Source: Occultella glacieicola (GTDB lineage Bacteria; Actinomycetota; Actinomycetes; Actinomycetales; Beutenbergiaceae). From it: DNA of 64,000 bases. The DNA lies in contig NZ_SMNA01000004.1 in assembly GCF_004353825.1 (NCBI RefSeq), positions 434,001 to 498,000 of the forward strand. The letters are read 5' to 3'. The notes below the pieces were generated by a model, which did not search any database, had not been told where the DNA came from, and saw only the letters and a list, made by a program, of their open reading frames with translations. How positions within the stretch are numbered: the first letter of the stretch is position 1; every line of letters begins with the position of its first letter. Positions 39,693 to 48,493 of the stretch are shown piece by piece. Position numbers and translations under genes: made by a program.

Positions 39693-41398
39693 CGGCCGAG
39701 CCCCGCGACGGACGTCGCGGCCTCCGGGCGGTGCACCCCGCGGGGGCGGTAGCCGAGCGCCCCGGACAGGCCGAGGAGGTCGGCGAGGAGCCAGATGATG
39801 CTCAGCCACATCTCGGTTCCCTGCAAACCGGGCTCCGCGTCGGAGCGGGCACCGGCGGCCCCGCCCGCGCTGAAGCCGAAGCCCGCGTCGTCGTGCCAGC
39901 GACCAAGGCAGTCGCGCAGCAGCCGCTCGGCGAGCTGGCTCTGCTCGGCGGTCCGGTAGTCGTGGGCGCGGACGAGCCACAGCGGGTGGGCGACGTCCAG
40001 GACGTTGCAGGCGTTCTGCCGTTCGGGGGTGAAGTAACGCGCGTCGCGGGCGTGCCGAAGCACGGTATCGACGACCCGCTCCGCGTGCGGCACCGCGATC
40101 CCGAACTGTGCGAGGGTCCCGCGGGAGGCCCGGTAGAACCCGTTCACCGGTTGCAGCAGGCCCCCCTTGCCGCCCTGCCCCCACATCCCGGTCTGTGGGT
40201 CCGCCCGGAGGATGAGCCATCCGATCAGTGCCTCGAGCTGGCCGGGCGGGGCGGCGGCGTCCTGACGGCGGTTCCAGAGCAGTGCGGTCCCGAGCGCGTC
40301 GACCCAGTGGCCGGCGCGCCATGCCTGCTCCGGCCACGGCAGGCCGTCGAGGAAGGTGACGATGTCGTCGGCGGACAGCCCGGCCACGGCGTGGATCGGC
40401 GTCGGGAACGAGCTGCCGAGGAGGTCGAGCGCGTAGCCGACGCTCAGCACGTGGTAGGCGGCGTCGGGGTCGGTGAGGTCCGGGGGCGCCTGGGGGTCGG
40501 GGCGCCCGAGCTCGCCGACCAGCCCGGTGCGCGGGTCCTGCCAGCCGCGGAGCATCGCGACCGTCTCCTCGCGCGAGCGTTGCGGCGGCGCGTGGCCGGT
40601 GAGCAGGTCGGCGATCTCGACGGCGTCGCACTGGGCCCGCACGGTGGCCGGGCCGCCCGGCTTGTCGGCGAACAGCCCGGTCCTGGCGTCCCAGGCCCGG
40701 GCCAGGATCTGGGCGCCCTGGCTGCGGGCACGGTCGCCGAAGGCACGCAGCACCTGCTCGAGGTCCGGGTCCGGGCGGCCGGCGGGCGCCGGGCCCGGTG
40801 TCATGCCCGGCGCTGCGGTGGCGTCGCTCGGCGCCAGGGCCGGGACCCGCCAGCGCAGCACCCGGGCGGGGTTGCCGGCGACCACAGCGCCGGCGGGTAC
40901 GTCCTTGGTGACGACCGCACCGGCGGCGATCACCGACCGCTCACCGATCCGGACGCCGTCGAGGATCACGCAGTGCGAACCGATCCAGACGTCGTCGCCG
41001 ACCTCGATCCCGCGTTCGCTGATCGGCTGTCGGAACACGTCGGTGTCCGGGTCGGTCATCGTGTGGTTGAAGCCGATGATCGAGGTGTGCGCACCGACCC
41101 GCACCGCGCGGCCGAACCGCACCGGACCGCGGACGATCGAGTAGGCGTTGATCGTGCAGTGGGTGCCCATCTCGATGCTGCCGGTGACCAGGGCACCGGC
41201 GGCGATGTAGCTGCTGCGGCCCATGTCTAGCCGGTCGCACTGGACGGAGGCGAGCTCGGAGACGAAGCACTTCTCAGCGAAGGAGTGCTCGGGGCGGCTC
41301 CCGGCCATCGCGCGTTGCACGTCGAGCTGGTCGGCCTGCTCCGCCTCGTCGGCCTCGGCCCAGAAGCGCCAGGGAGCGAACTCGAGGTCGCGGTTCAT
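39689..41398 (-). CDS. Hexapeptide-repeat (LbH) acyltransferase fused to an alpha/alpha-toroid domain
   Basis: VGDDVWIG..ILDGVRIG..AGAVVTKDVP..AGNPAR, then repeated QDPRTG / ADPQTGMWG / GFGF helical-barrel motifs. Confidence 0.8.
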   Translation of the reverse strand: MNRDLEFAPWRFWAEADEAEQADQLDVQRAMAGSRPEHSFAEKCFVSELASVQCDRLDMGRSSYIAAGALVTGSIEMGTHCTINAYSIVRGPVRFGRAVRVGAHTSIIGFNHTMTDPDTDVFRQPISERGIEVGDDVWIGSHCVILDGVRIGERSVIAAGAVVTKDVPAGAVVAGNPARVLRWRVPALAPSDATAAPGMTPGPAPAGRPDPDLEQVLRAFGDRARSQGAQILARAWDARTGLFADKPGGPATVRAQCDAVEIADLLTGHAPPQRSREETVAMLRGWQDPRTGLVGELGRPDPQAPPDLTDPDAAYHVLSVGYALDLLGSSFPTPIHAVAGLSADDIVTFLDGLPWPEQAWRAGHWVDALGTALLWNRRQDAAAPPGQLEALIGWLILRADPQTGMWGQGGKGGLLQPVNGFYRASRGTLAQFGIAVPHAERVVDTVLRHARDARYFTPERQNACNVLDVAHPLWLVRAHDYRTAEQSQLAERLLRDCLGRWHDDAGFGFSAGGAAGARSDAEPGLQGTEMWLSIIWLLADLLGLSGALGYRPRGVHRPEAATSVAGLGR

Positions 41399-44145
41399 GC
41401 CGTGACCTCCTCGGCCGACCGTGCGGCCAGCAGGTGCTGGAGCAGGTCCGGTGGCCCGCCGGACGCGTCCGCGGCGTCGCGGCGGGTGAACTCCTGATCG
41501 GCCACGACCGCGCCGAGCACCAGGTATGCGCCCGGACCGGGGGCGAACGTGTGCCGACCGGCGGTGAAGGCGAACGCGTGCACGTCGACCGGGAGCTGCT
41601 GGGCCTCGTCGGACCGCGCGGCGGGGATGGACACCTCGATCGCGGACCGCAGCACCGGGTCGAGCCCCCCCTGGTCGTCCGCGTGCGTGTTGACCTCGAG
41701 GTCCGGGACCTGCAGCCACTGCGGGTCCGGGCTCTTCACATAGCCGACGAGCAGGTGGGCGTCGGCGGGCAGGTCGAGCTCCACGTCGGCCGGACCGCTC
41801 GCCGTCCGCTCGGCCGACATCCGCCAGCCCCGGATACCGGCGAGCTCCGGGGCGACCCGCTCGATCAGCACGCTCCGGTCGCTGAACACGGACTGTCCCA
41901 CGTCGAGGTCGAACGCCGTGCCGGCACGGACCTCGACCGGTGCGGCGCGGAACGGGACCACCTGCGCACCGGGACCCGAGCCCGGCAGCGGCCAGCCCTG
42001 CTCGGCGACCGAGCGGACGGCCGCGGTGAAGGCCGCGCTCTCCTCCTCGAACTCGGGCAGGCACTCACGCCAGTGGCCGTAGGCCTTGCCGTCGCGGAAC
42101 GGCACCCGCCGCTGCGGCGTGCGCATGCTGTTCGCGTAGAGATACGTGGTGTCGGTGAGCTCGGCCAGGGCGCGGTAATGGGCCACGCTGGTCTCGATCA
42201 GCTCGGCGGCCCGCTCCAGTTGGGCGACGTCGGTCCGCTCGCCGCGGAACGCCATCGAGCGCGCTCGCAGGATCAGGGCGCCGGCCTCGATCCGCAGCGC
42301 GTAGAACTCGGCGAGCAGGGCGAGGGCGTGCGCGTCCTGGCGCAGCCGGCTGAACTCCTCCGCCGCGAGCCGCACGTGCGGGCGGCCCGAGTCCGCGGCC
42401 CGGGTGGCGAGCGCGGCGAAGTGGCGGACGTCGGCGGCCACGTCGATCGGGGTCTCGCCGAGATGCGCCTCGCCCCGCAGGTCGCGCTCGACGTACTCCT
42501 GCAGCCGCTCGCCGCCCGGTGCGTGGGACTGCCACAGGTCGGGCCAGGTCCGGTGGGCCTCCGGCTCGAGGAGCTGGCTGAGGGTCATCCCCAGGCTCAG
42601 TGTCTGCCGGTTGCCCTCGGTGATGCCGACCCGGCGGACCAGCAACGGCGCGATCTGACCCATCGCCTCGTACGTGGCGAGCGCGGCGGCGCCGGCCTCC
42701 TCGCTGCCGTACTGCTCGGCCAGGACGGCGCTCCAGTGGGCCGCTTCGGCGCCCGGATCACGGTCCGCACGCCAGGCGTAGCGGAGCCAGGCGTGGAACC
42801 AGACCGCGTCCCGCTCGATCTGCCGCAGCCGCGGTTCGGCGCGGTCGGGCGAGTACGGCCAGTCCCAGTAGAACAGCGGGTACAGGTGCAGCCCCTGCGC
42901 GTTCAGGCGGTGCTTCATCGCCTGCGCGCTGCGCTGGATGAAGCCCACGGCACCGAACCGGAACGGTTCGAGGTTGGCCAGGATGTGCACGTTCGCGATG
43001 TGCGTGCTGCCGAGCGAGGCGAGGAACCGGTGCTGCTCCTGCCACTCCCCGCGGGGGTTCCAGGTGGTCAGCGACTCCCCGTTGTACTTGGCCTCGGTGT
43101 ACAGGCGTGGGTAGACCTCACGGGCGGCGGTCACCACCGGCAGCGGGTCGATGGCGTGCCCGCGCAGGATCAGCGGGGGCAGCTCGGTCAGGCCGGCGGA
43201 CTTCACCCCGTCGAGCACGCCGGGGATGATCGTCTCGAGCATCCACTCCTTGCCGTAGCGGTCGCCCTGCAGCACCTCACCGAGGCACGTGTACAGGCCG
43301 ACGTTCGGGTACTGGGCGACGAAGGCCCCGATCGCCGCCCGGGTGTACCGGCTCGTCAGCGGCGTCGGCCGGGGCTGACGCAGCGGGATGCCGTGGTGCT
43401 CGGCGAACGGCAGCGGGATGTGGATGTTGTAGAACTTGACGACGATCCAGATGCCGCGCCGGTCCGCCTCCTCGGTCAGCCAGCCCAGGGTCGCGGCGTT
43501 CAGGGCGAGTTCGTCGTCGGTGACCTCCTGGGCCTCCGGGAAGTCGGGAAGGGCGACGAACGAGGAGAACGGGTGGCCGCTCCACAGGTAGATCACGTTC
43601 GCCCGGTGCTCGAACAGGTCGTCGAGGACCGTGAGCCAGTGCTCCCGGTCGTAGAACCACGCGAACCGGTCCGGCGTGACCGGGTACTCGTAGACCTGCC
43701 GGGGGGCCTCGACCTCGGTCTTCTGCAGCCCGATCGCAGGCCCGCGCAGGGTCATGTCCGGGGTCTCGCCGCGGTCGAGGTCTCGGGGGATGCCGCCGGT
43801 GCGGGCGATGATTCGCGCGAGCTCCTGGCAGCCGTACAGGACGCCGGCGTCGTCGGCGCCGGTCACGACCACCAGGGCGCCGGGCAGGTGCGCCAGGTAG
43901 AACCCGCCCTCGCCGGGAGCGCCGGTGTTGTAGAGCAGGACGTCCTGCTCCTCGAGGTCGCCGATCGGTGAGTCGGCGCCGCGCACGCCCACCAGGATCC
44001 GCAGGGTGTCGCTCGAGCGGGGCGCCAGCTCGGGGTCGCGACGCACCGTGGTCCCGGTGGCCGTGAGCGCGCCCGTCACCAGCTCGAGCCCGTGGGCGAT
44101 CCGGGCGCTCTCGTTCGACGCGAGCGTGATTGCTGCGAGGTTCAT
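41395..44145 (-). CDS. GH138-like alpha-D-galacturonidase, no signal peptide
   Basis: LRGPAIGLQKT...VYEYP..F.WFYD...YLWSGHPF, YTEAKYNGESLT, NVHILANLEPFR and YPLFYWDWPY resemble BT0997/GH138; AGGAG RBS. Confidence 0.72.
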   Translation of the reverse strand: MNLAAITLASNESARIAHGLELVTGALTATGTTVRRDPELAPRSSDTLRILVGVRGADSPIGDLEEQDVLLYNTGAPGEGGFYLAHLPGALVVVTGADDAGVLYGCQELARIIARTGGIPRDLDRGETPDMTLRGPAIGLQKTEVEAPRQVYEYPVTPDRFAWFYDREHWLTVLDDLFEHRANVIYLWSGHPFSSFVALPDFPEAQEVTDDELALNAATLGWLTEEADRRGIWIVVKFYNIHIPLPFAEHHGIPLRQPRPTPLTSRYTRAAIGAFVAQYPNVGLYTCLGEVLQGDRYGKEWMLETIIPGVLDGVKSAGLTELPPLILRGHAIDPLPVVTAAREVYPRLYTEAKYNGESLTTWNPRGEWQEQHRFLASLGSTHIANVHILANLEPFRFGAVGFIQRSAQAMKHRLNAQGLHLYPLFYWDWPYSPDRAEPRLRQIERDAVWFHAWLRYAWRADRDPGAEAAHWSAVLAEQYGSEEAGAAALATYEAMGQIAPLLVRRVGITEGNRQTLSLGMTLSQLLEPEAHRTWPDLWQSHAPGGERLQEYVERDLRGEAHLGETPIDVAADVRHFAALATRAADSGRPHVRLAAEEFSRLRQDAHALALLAEFYALRIEAGALILRARSMAFRGERTDVAQLERAAELIETSVAHYRALAELTDTTYLYANSMRTPQRRVPFRDGKAYGHWRECLPEFEEESAAFTAAVRSVAEQGWPLPGSGPGAQVVPFRAAPVEVRAGTAFDLDVGQSVFSDRSVLIERVAPELAGIRGWRMSAERTASGPADVELDLPADAHLLVGYVKSPDPQWLQVPDLEVNTHADDQGGLDPVLRSAIEVSIPAARSDEAQQLPVDVHAFAFTAGRHTFAPGPGAYLVLGAVVADQEFTRRDAADASGGPPDLLQHLLAARSAEEVTA

Positions 44146-44162
44146 CCTCAACTCCTGATCGA

Positions 44163-45029
44163 TCATTTGATTCCGGTGGTGGCGATTCCGTCCACCAAGT
44201 ACTTCTGGCCCGCGATGAAGAAGCCGACGACCGGGGCCAGGGACAGGGTCGACATCGCGAAGATCTGTCCCCACGAGCTCAGGCCCTCCGCGTTCATGAA
44301 CTGCCGTAGCGCGAGCGGCACCGTGTACAGCTCGGGGTCGGTGAGGTAGAGCAGCGGCGAGAAGAACTCGTTCCACGTCCAGATGAACGTGAAGATCGCC
44401 GTCGTGGCGAACGCGGGGACGCACAGCGGCGAGATCACGTAAAGGAAGGTGCGGTAGCTCCCGCAGCCGTCGATCCGCGCCGCGTCGTCCAGTTCCTTGG
44501 GCAGGGCGCGCATGAACTGCACCATGAGGAAGATGAAGAAGGCGTTGCTGGCCAGGAAGGCGGGCACCACCAGGGGCAGGTAGGTGTTCAGCCAGCCCAG
44601 GTTCGAGAAGATGACGTACTGGGGCACCAGGAGCACGTGCGCGGGCAGCATCAGCGTGCCGAGCATGACGGCGAAGAAGGTCCGCCGTCCGGGGAACCGG
44701 AGCCGGGCGAACGCGAACGCCGCCATGCCGCACGAGAGGACGTTCCCGATGATGCTCAGCACCACGATGATCAGCGAGTTCACCATGTAGAGGCCGAACG
44801 GGAAGTCCAGCGCCACCCAGCCGTCGACGTAGTGGCTGAAGTCGAACTCGCTCGGCCACAGGCCGGTGTCGGAGAAGATCAGCCGGTCGGGCTTGACCGA
44901 GCTGGAGAGCATCCACAGCAGCGGGTAGAGCAGCACGATGCCGAGGACGCACGCGAGGACGTGGCGCAGGAACACGCGCCTGGAGGTCGAGCCGGTCCGC
45001 GCCGGTGCCGTGCGTTCGTCAGTTCTCAT
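44163..45029 (-). CDS. Carbohydrate ABC permease
   Basis: LPKELDDAARIDG, WTWNEF, GIATTGIK. Confidence 0.93.
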   Translation of the reverse strand: MRTDERTAPARTGSTSRRVFLRHVLACVLGIVLLYPLLWMLSSSVKPDRLIFSDTGLWPSEFDFSHYVDGWVALDFPFGLYMVNSLIIVVLSIIGNVLSCGMAAFAFARLRFPGRRTFFAVMLGTLMLPAHVLLVPQYVIFSNLGWLNTYLPLVVPAFLASNAFFIFLMVQFMRALPKELDDAARIDGCGSYRTFLYVISPLCVPAFATTAIFTFIWTWNEFFSPLLYLTDPELYTVPLALRQFMNAEGLSSWGQIFAMSTLSLAPVVGFFIAGQKYLVDGIATTGIK

Positions 45030-45963
45030 AGTGCACCCAGTACTTCTGCGCGAGGAAGTTGATGGCGGTGAACGCGGCGATGATCACCAGCAGCAGCCAG
45101 GCCATCGCGGAGGCGTAGCCCATGTCGAAGTTCCCGAACCCCTGCTGGTACAGGTAGAGGTTGTAGAACAGGGTGGAGTCCGAGGGCCCGCCGGTGCCGT
45201 TGCTGACCACGTAGCCCTGGGTGAACGTCTGCATCGACCCGATGATCGCGAGCACCAGGTTGAAGAAGACCACCGGGCTGATCAGCGGCATCGTCACGGA
45301 GCGGAACTGGCGCCAGCGGGAGGCGCCGTCCAGGGCAGCCGCCTCGTAGTACGCGGCGGGCACCTGCCGCAGCGCGGCCAGGAAGATGACCATCGGGGCG
45401 CCGAAGGTCCACACGTTCAGGGAGATGAGGACCCCGAGGGCAGTGTCGGGGCTGCCGATCCAGGACTGGGTCGCGATGCCGAAGCGTTCCAGGACGTCGT
45501 TGACGATGCCGTTGGCACCGAAGATCGCGCGCCACAGCATCACGACCGCCACCGAGCTACCGATCAGCGAGGGCAGGTAGAACACGGACCGGTAGATCCG
45601 CAGCCCGCCCATGCCCTTGTTCAGCAGGACCGCGACGGCCAGCGCAGCGGCCAGGGACAGCGGCACCGAGACGAACGTGTAGGTGAAGGTCACCACGAGC
45701 GAGTGGTGCAGGGTGGTGTCCGCGACCATCCGCCGGATGTTGTCCAGCCCGGAGAACTCCGGAGGGTTCAGCAGGTTGTAGTCGGTGAACGACAGGTACA
45801 GCGACCACAGGAACGGGACGACGGTGAACAGCATCCCGCCGAACCAGGGCAGCAGGAAGACGTAGCCGGACCAGTCCTGACGCGTCCGGCGCCGCCTGCC
45901 CGCCGCCGGTCCCTGCGGGTCCTGCGGCCGGCGGCTCGTCCGCTCGAGCGTGGACGTGGTCAC
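45019..45963 (-). CDS. Carbohydrate ABC permease
   Basis: YRSVFYLPS, YYEAAALDGA, MGYASAMAW. Confidence 0.93.
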   Translation of the reverse strand: MTTSTLERTSRRPQDPQGPAAGRRRRTRQDWSGYVFLLPWFGGMLFTVVPFLWSLYLSFTDYNLLNPPEFSGLDNIRRMVADTTLHHSLVVTFTYTFVSVPLSLAAALAVAVLLNKGMGGLRIYRSVFYLPSLIGSSVAVVMLWRAIFGANGIVNDVLERFGIATQSWIGSPDTALGVLISLNVWTFGAPMVIFLAALRQVPAAYYEAAALDGASRWRQFRSVTMPLISPVVFFNLVLAIIGSMQTFTQGYVVSNGTGGPSDSTLFYNLYLYQQGFGNFDMGYASAMAWLLLVIIAAFTAINFLAQKYWVHYEN

Positions 45964-47159
45964 ACGTCGCCCCACGACTCCTGCGCCGCGGCGACCACGG
46001 CGCTCGCCGCCTCCGCGGGCGTCATCCGGGCGAACCTGACCTCGTCGGCGCTGAGGTCCTGGGCCAGTTCGGTCACCACATCCTGGTTCGGCGGGATCCC
46101 GTTGGTGCCCGCCATCGCCTCGTTGGCGGCGACGTCGTTGGTCAGGAAGTCGACCAGGGCCACGGCGTCCCCGGGGACCTCACTGGCGGCGCTGATCGAC
46201 CAGAACAGCGCAGGGATCAGTTGCATGCCGCGCGCCGCGGCGGTGCTCTCGCCGGGGAAGTAGCCCATCTCCAGGTCGCCGCCGGCAGCCGTGTTGAAGG
46301 AGGCGAACGAGTTCGAGGGGATCATGGCGGAGGCGGTCAGCCCCTGCGCGATCGCGGACTGGTCGGCCGCCGCACCGAGGCTGTCGATCGCCCCACCGGC
46401 CGGGATCGCCCCCATGGCCTCGAACTCGACCCAGAGCTCGTACCAGGGCAGCACGTCCTGCTCGGTGAAGCCGACCTGGCCGTCCTCGGTCCACAGGTCC
46501 AGGCCCTGCTGTCGCAGCCAGGTCCCGAATGTCTGGAGCGCCCCGATCGGCAGGTCACCGCCGTACACCGCGCCCCCGCTGGCCTCGCTCACCTGGGCGC
46601 AGACCCGGCCGTAGTCCTCCCAGCTCCAGGCGGTCAGGTCCGGCGGCTCCACGCCGAACTGGGTGAACACGGCCCGGTCGATCACGATCGACGTCGACGT
46701 GACACCGCCGGCCACCCCGTAGAGCTTGCCGCCCACCAGGCCCGAGTTCAGCAGGGACTCCGGGAGCGCGTCGGTGTTCAGCAGGTCGGCGTGGGTGTTG
46801 ACGTCGAGCAGCACGCCGCGGTCGGCGTACTCGCGCAGCGACTCCCGCTCCATGCGCATGACGTCCGGCGGGCTGCTCGAGGCGAACCGGACCGCGAGCT
46901 TCTGCAGGTACTCCGAGCCCGACTGGTACTCGGTGGAGATGTCCAGGTCGGGGTGCTGCTTGGCGAACAGCGCCACCGCGGCCCGCATCTGCTCGGCGCG
47001 GGTCGCGTCGCCCTTCCAGACGAAGTTGAGGGCTCCGCCGGCCGAGCTCGCCCCGCCGGCGCTGTTCCCACCGAAGCGGCTGCAGCCGGCCAGGCCCACG
47101 CCACCGATGGAGACCGCGCCCAACCCGAGCAGGGCGCGTCGACTCAGGTGCGTTGTCAT
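45960..47159 (-). CDS. ABC solute-binding lipoprotein (Tat signal), possibly with an internal deletion
   Basis: SRRALL plus LAGC; PPDVMRM; GGAG RBS. Confidence 0.88.
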   Translation of the reverse strand: MTTHLSRRALLGLGAVSIGGVGLAGCSRFGGNSAGGASSAGGALNFVWKGDATRAEQMRAAVALFAKQHPDLDISTEYQSGSEYLQKLAVRFASSSPPDVMRMERESLREYADRGVLLDVNTHADLLNTDALPESLLNSGLVGGKLYGVAGGVTSTSIVIDRAVFTQFGVEPPDLTAWSWEDYGRVCAQVSEASGGAVYGGDLPIGALQTFGTWLRQQGLDLWTEDGQVGFTEQDVLPWYELWVEFEAMGAIPAGGAIDSLGAAADQSAIAQGLTASAMIPSNSFASFNTAAGGDLEMGYFPGESTAAARGMQLIPALFWSISAASEVPGDAVALVDFLTNDVAANEAMAGTNGIPPNQDVVTELAQDLSADEVRFARMTPAEAASAVVAAAQESWGDV

Positions 47160-47178
47160 CGTTGACTCCGTTCGTTTC

Positions 47179-47245
47179 GTGTTCGAGTAGCATGACCAAA
47201 CCGCACACTCGCCCGAAGTGCAAACAACTCGAACACACTCAAACA
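47179..47245. promoter_or_regulatory. Phased C(A/G)AACA boxes and a 10-bp inverted repeat, probable operator of the DeoR-LacI regulator
   Basis: GTGTTCGAGT (47179) / ACTCGAACAC (47227); CAAACA, CGAACA and CAAACA at 47221, 47230 and 47240. Confidence 0.5.
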
Positions 47246-47277
47246 TCGAAGAGTGTCGTGAGCCCGAAGGGGTGCCG

Positions 47278-48372
47278 ATGTCAGCCGACGGTCACGGTCA
47301 GCTCGCCCGCGAGCGTCAGGAACGATTCCTGCGCCTCCTCCGAGCCAAGGGGTCGGTCACCGTCGGCGCCCTGGCGGCGGAGTTCGACGTCTCCGAGATG
47401 ACCGTGCGCCGAGACCTCAATGCCCTGGCGGCCCGCGGCCTCGCGGTCCGGGTGCACGGCGGGGCGACCGTGCCGGACGCGCCGGGTCCGGACGCGACGG
47501 CAAGCCCGTCCGATCCTCGGGAACCCCACCACCTGACGATCGGGCTCGTGCTCCCCGGCGCCGAGTACTACTGGTCGCCGGTGATCGCCGGCGCCCGGGC
47601 GGCCGCGGCGCGGGCCAACGTGCGGCTGATCCTGCGGATCACCTCCTACGAGGCGCGCGAGGACCGTCACCAGGTGCAGGCACTGCTCGCCTCCGCGCGG
47701 GTGGACGGCCTGATCATCGCCCCGAACCTCGACCGCGAGGGCGGTGGTGACCTGGTCACCTGGCTCGATGCGCTACCGATCCCGGTGGTGCTCGTCGAGC
47801 GCCGCCCACCGGGGGTGCCGGTGCGCAGTCTGGAGTGGGTGGCGACCGACCATGCCGCCGGCGGGGTGCTGGCGGTCCAGCACCTGCTCGCTCACGGGCA
47901 CCGGAGGATCGCCGTGTGCACCGGGCCGACCGCCACCACCGAGGACCTGATCCTGGGCTGGCAGAGCGAGCTTCGCACGCGCGGGCTCGATCCGGCGGAA
48001 CAGTTCTCGATGCGCGTCGACCTCACCGAACGCGGTCGGCAGGAGGCCGCCGCCGAACTCGTGGACCGCTGCGCCGAGACGGGGACGACGGCGGTCATCG
48101 TGCACCCGGACATCCTCACGATCAGCGTGGTGCAGCGGTGCCTGGACGTCGGCATCTCGATCCCGGAGGACCTGGCGATCGTGGGCTACGACGACGAGGT
48201 CGCCGCGCTGATCGATCCGCCGGTGAGTTCCGTGATGCCGCTCAAGCAGGACGTCGGCCGGATGGCCGTGGAACTCATCCACGCCCGCCTGCTGGAGGGC
48301 GATCGCCGGCCGCCGCACCGGCTCACCGTGATGCCGGTCCTGAACGTGCGCAGGTCGAGTACCGGACGCTGA
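47278..48372 (+). CDS. Regulator with a DeoR-type HTH and a LacI-type sugar-binding domain
   Basis: VSEMTVRRDL..RVHGGA; IPEDLAIVGYDD. Confidence 0.9.
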   Translation: MSADGHGQLARERQERFLRLLRAKGSVTVGALAAEFDVSEMTVRRDLNALAARGLAVRVHGGATVPDAPGPDATASPSDPREPHHLTIGLVLPGAEYYWSPVIAGARAAAARANVRLILRITSYEAREDRHQVQALLASARVDGLIIAPNLDREGGGDLVTWLDALPIPVVLVERRPPGVPVRSLEWVATDHAAGGVLAVQHLLAHGHRRIAVCTGPTATTEDLILGWQSELRTRGLDPAEQFSMRVDLTERGRQEAAAELVDRCAETGTTAVIVHPDILTISVVQRCLDVGISIPEDLAIVGYDDEVAALIDPPVSSVMPLKQDVGRMAVELIHARLLEGDRRPPHRLTVMPVLNVRRSSTGR

Positions 48373-48400
48373 ACTGCCACCGTGGCGCGGGTGCCGGCTC

Positions 48401-48457
48401 GTTGACAGCACGAGGGGCGTGCGGCACAGTGGTGCAAGCACAAGCACGTATGAATAT
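48401..48457 (+). promoter_or_regulatory. Promoter plus conserved operator, copy B
   Basis: TTGACA-17 bp-CACAGT, then GGTGCAAGCACAAGCA..ATGAATAT. Confidence 0.7.
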
Positions 48458-48493
48458 TTATGATCGGGCGATGGTGCTGGGAGACGAGGTGAG

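Noticed and set aside
11967..47159. Three ABC sugar systems without ATPase genes
   Set aside because: Normal in Actinobacteria, which share an MsiK-type ATPase.
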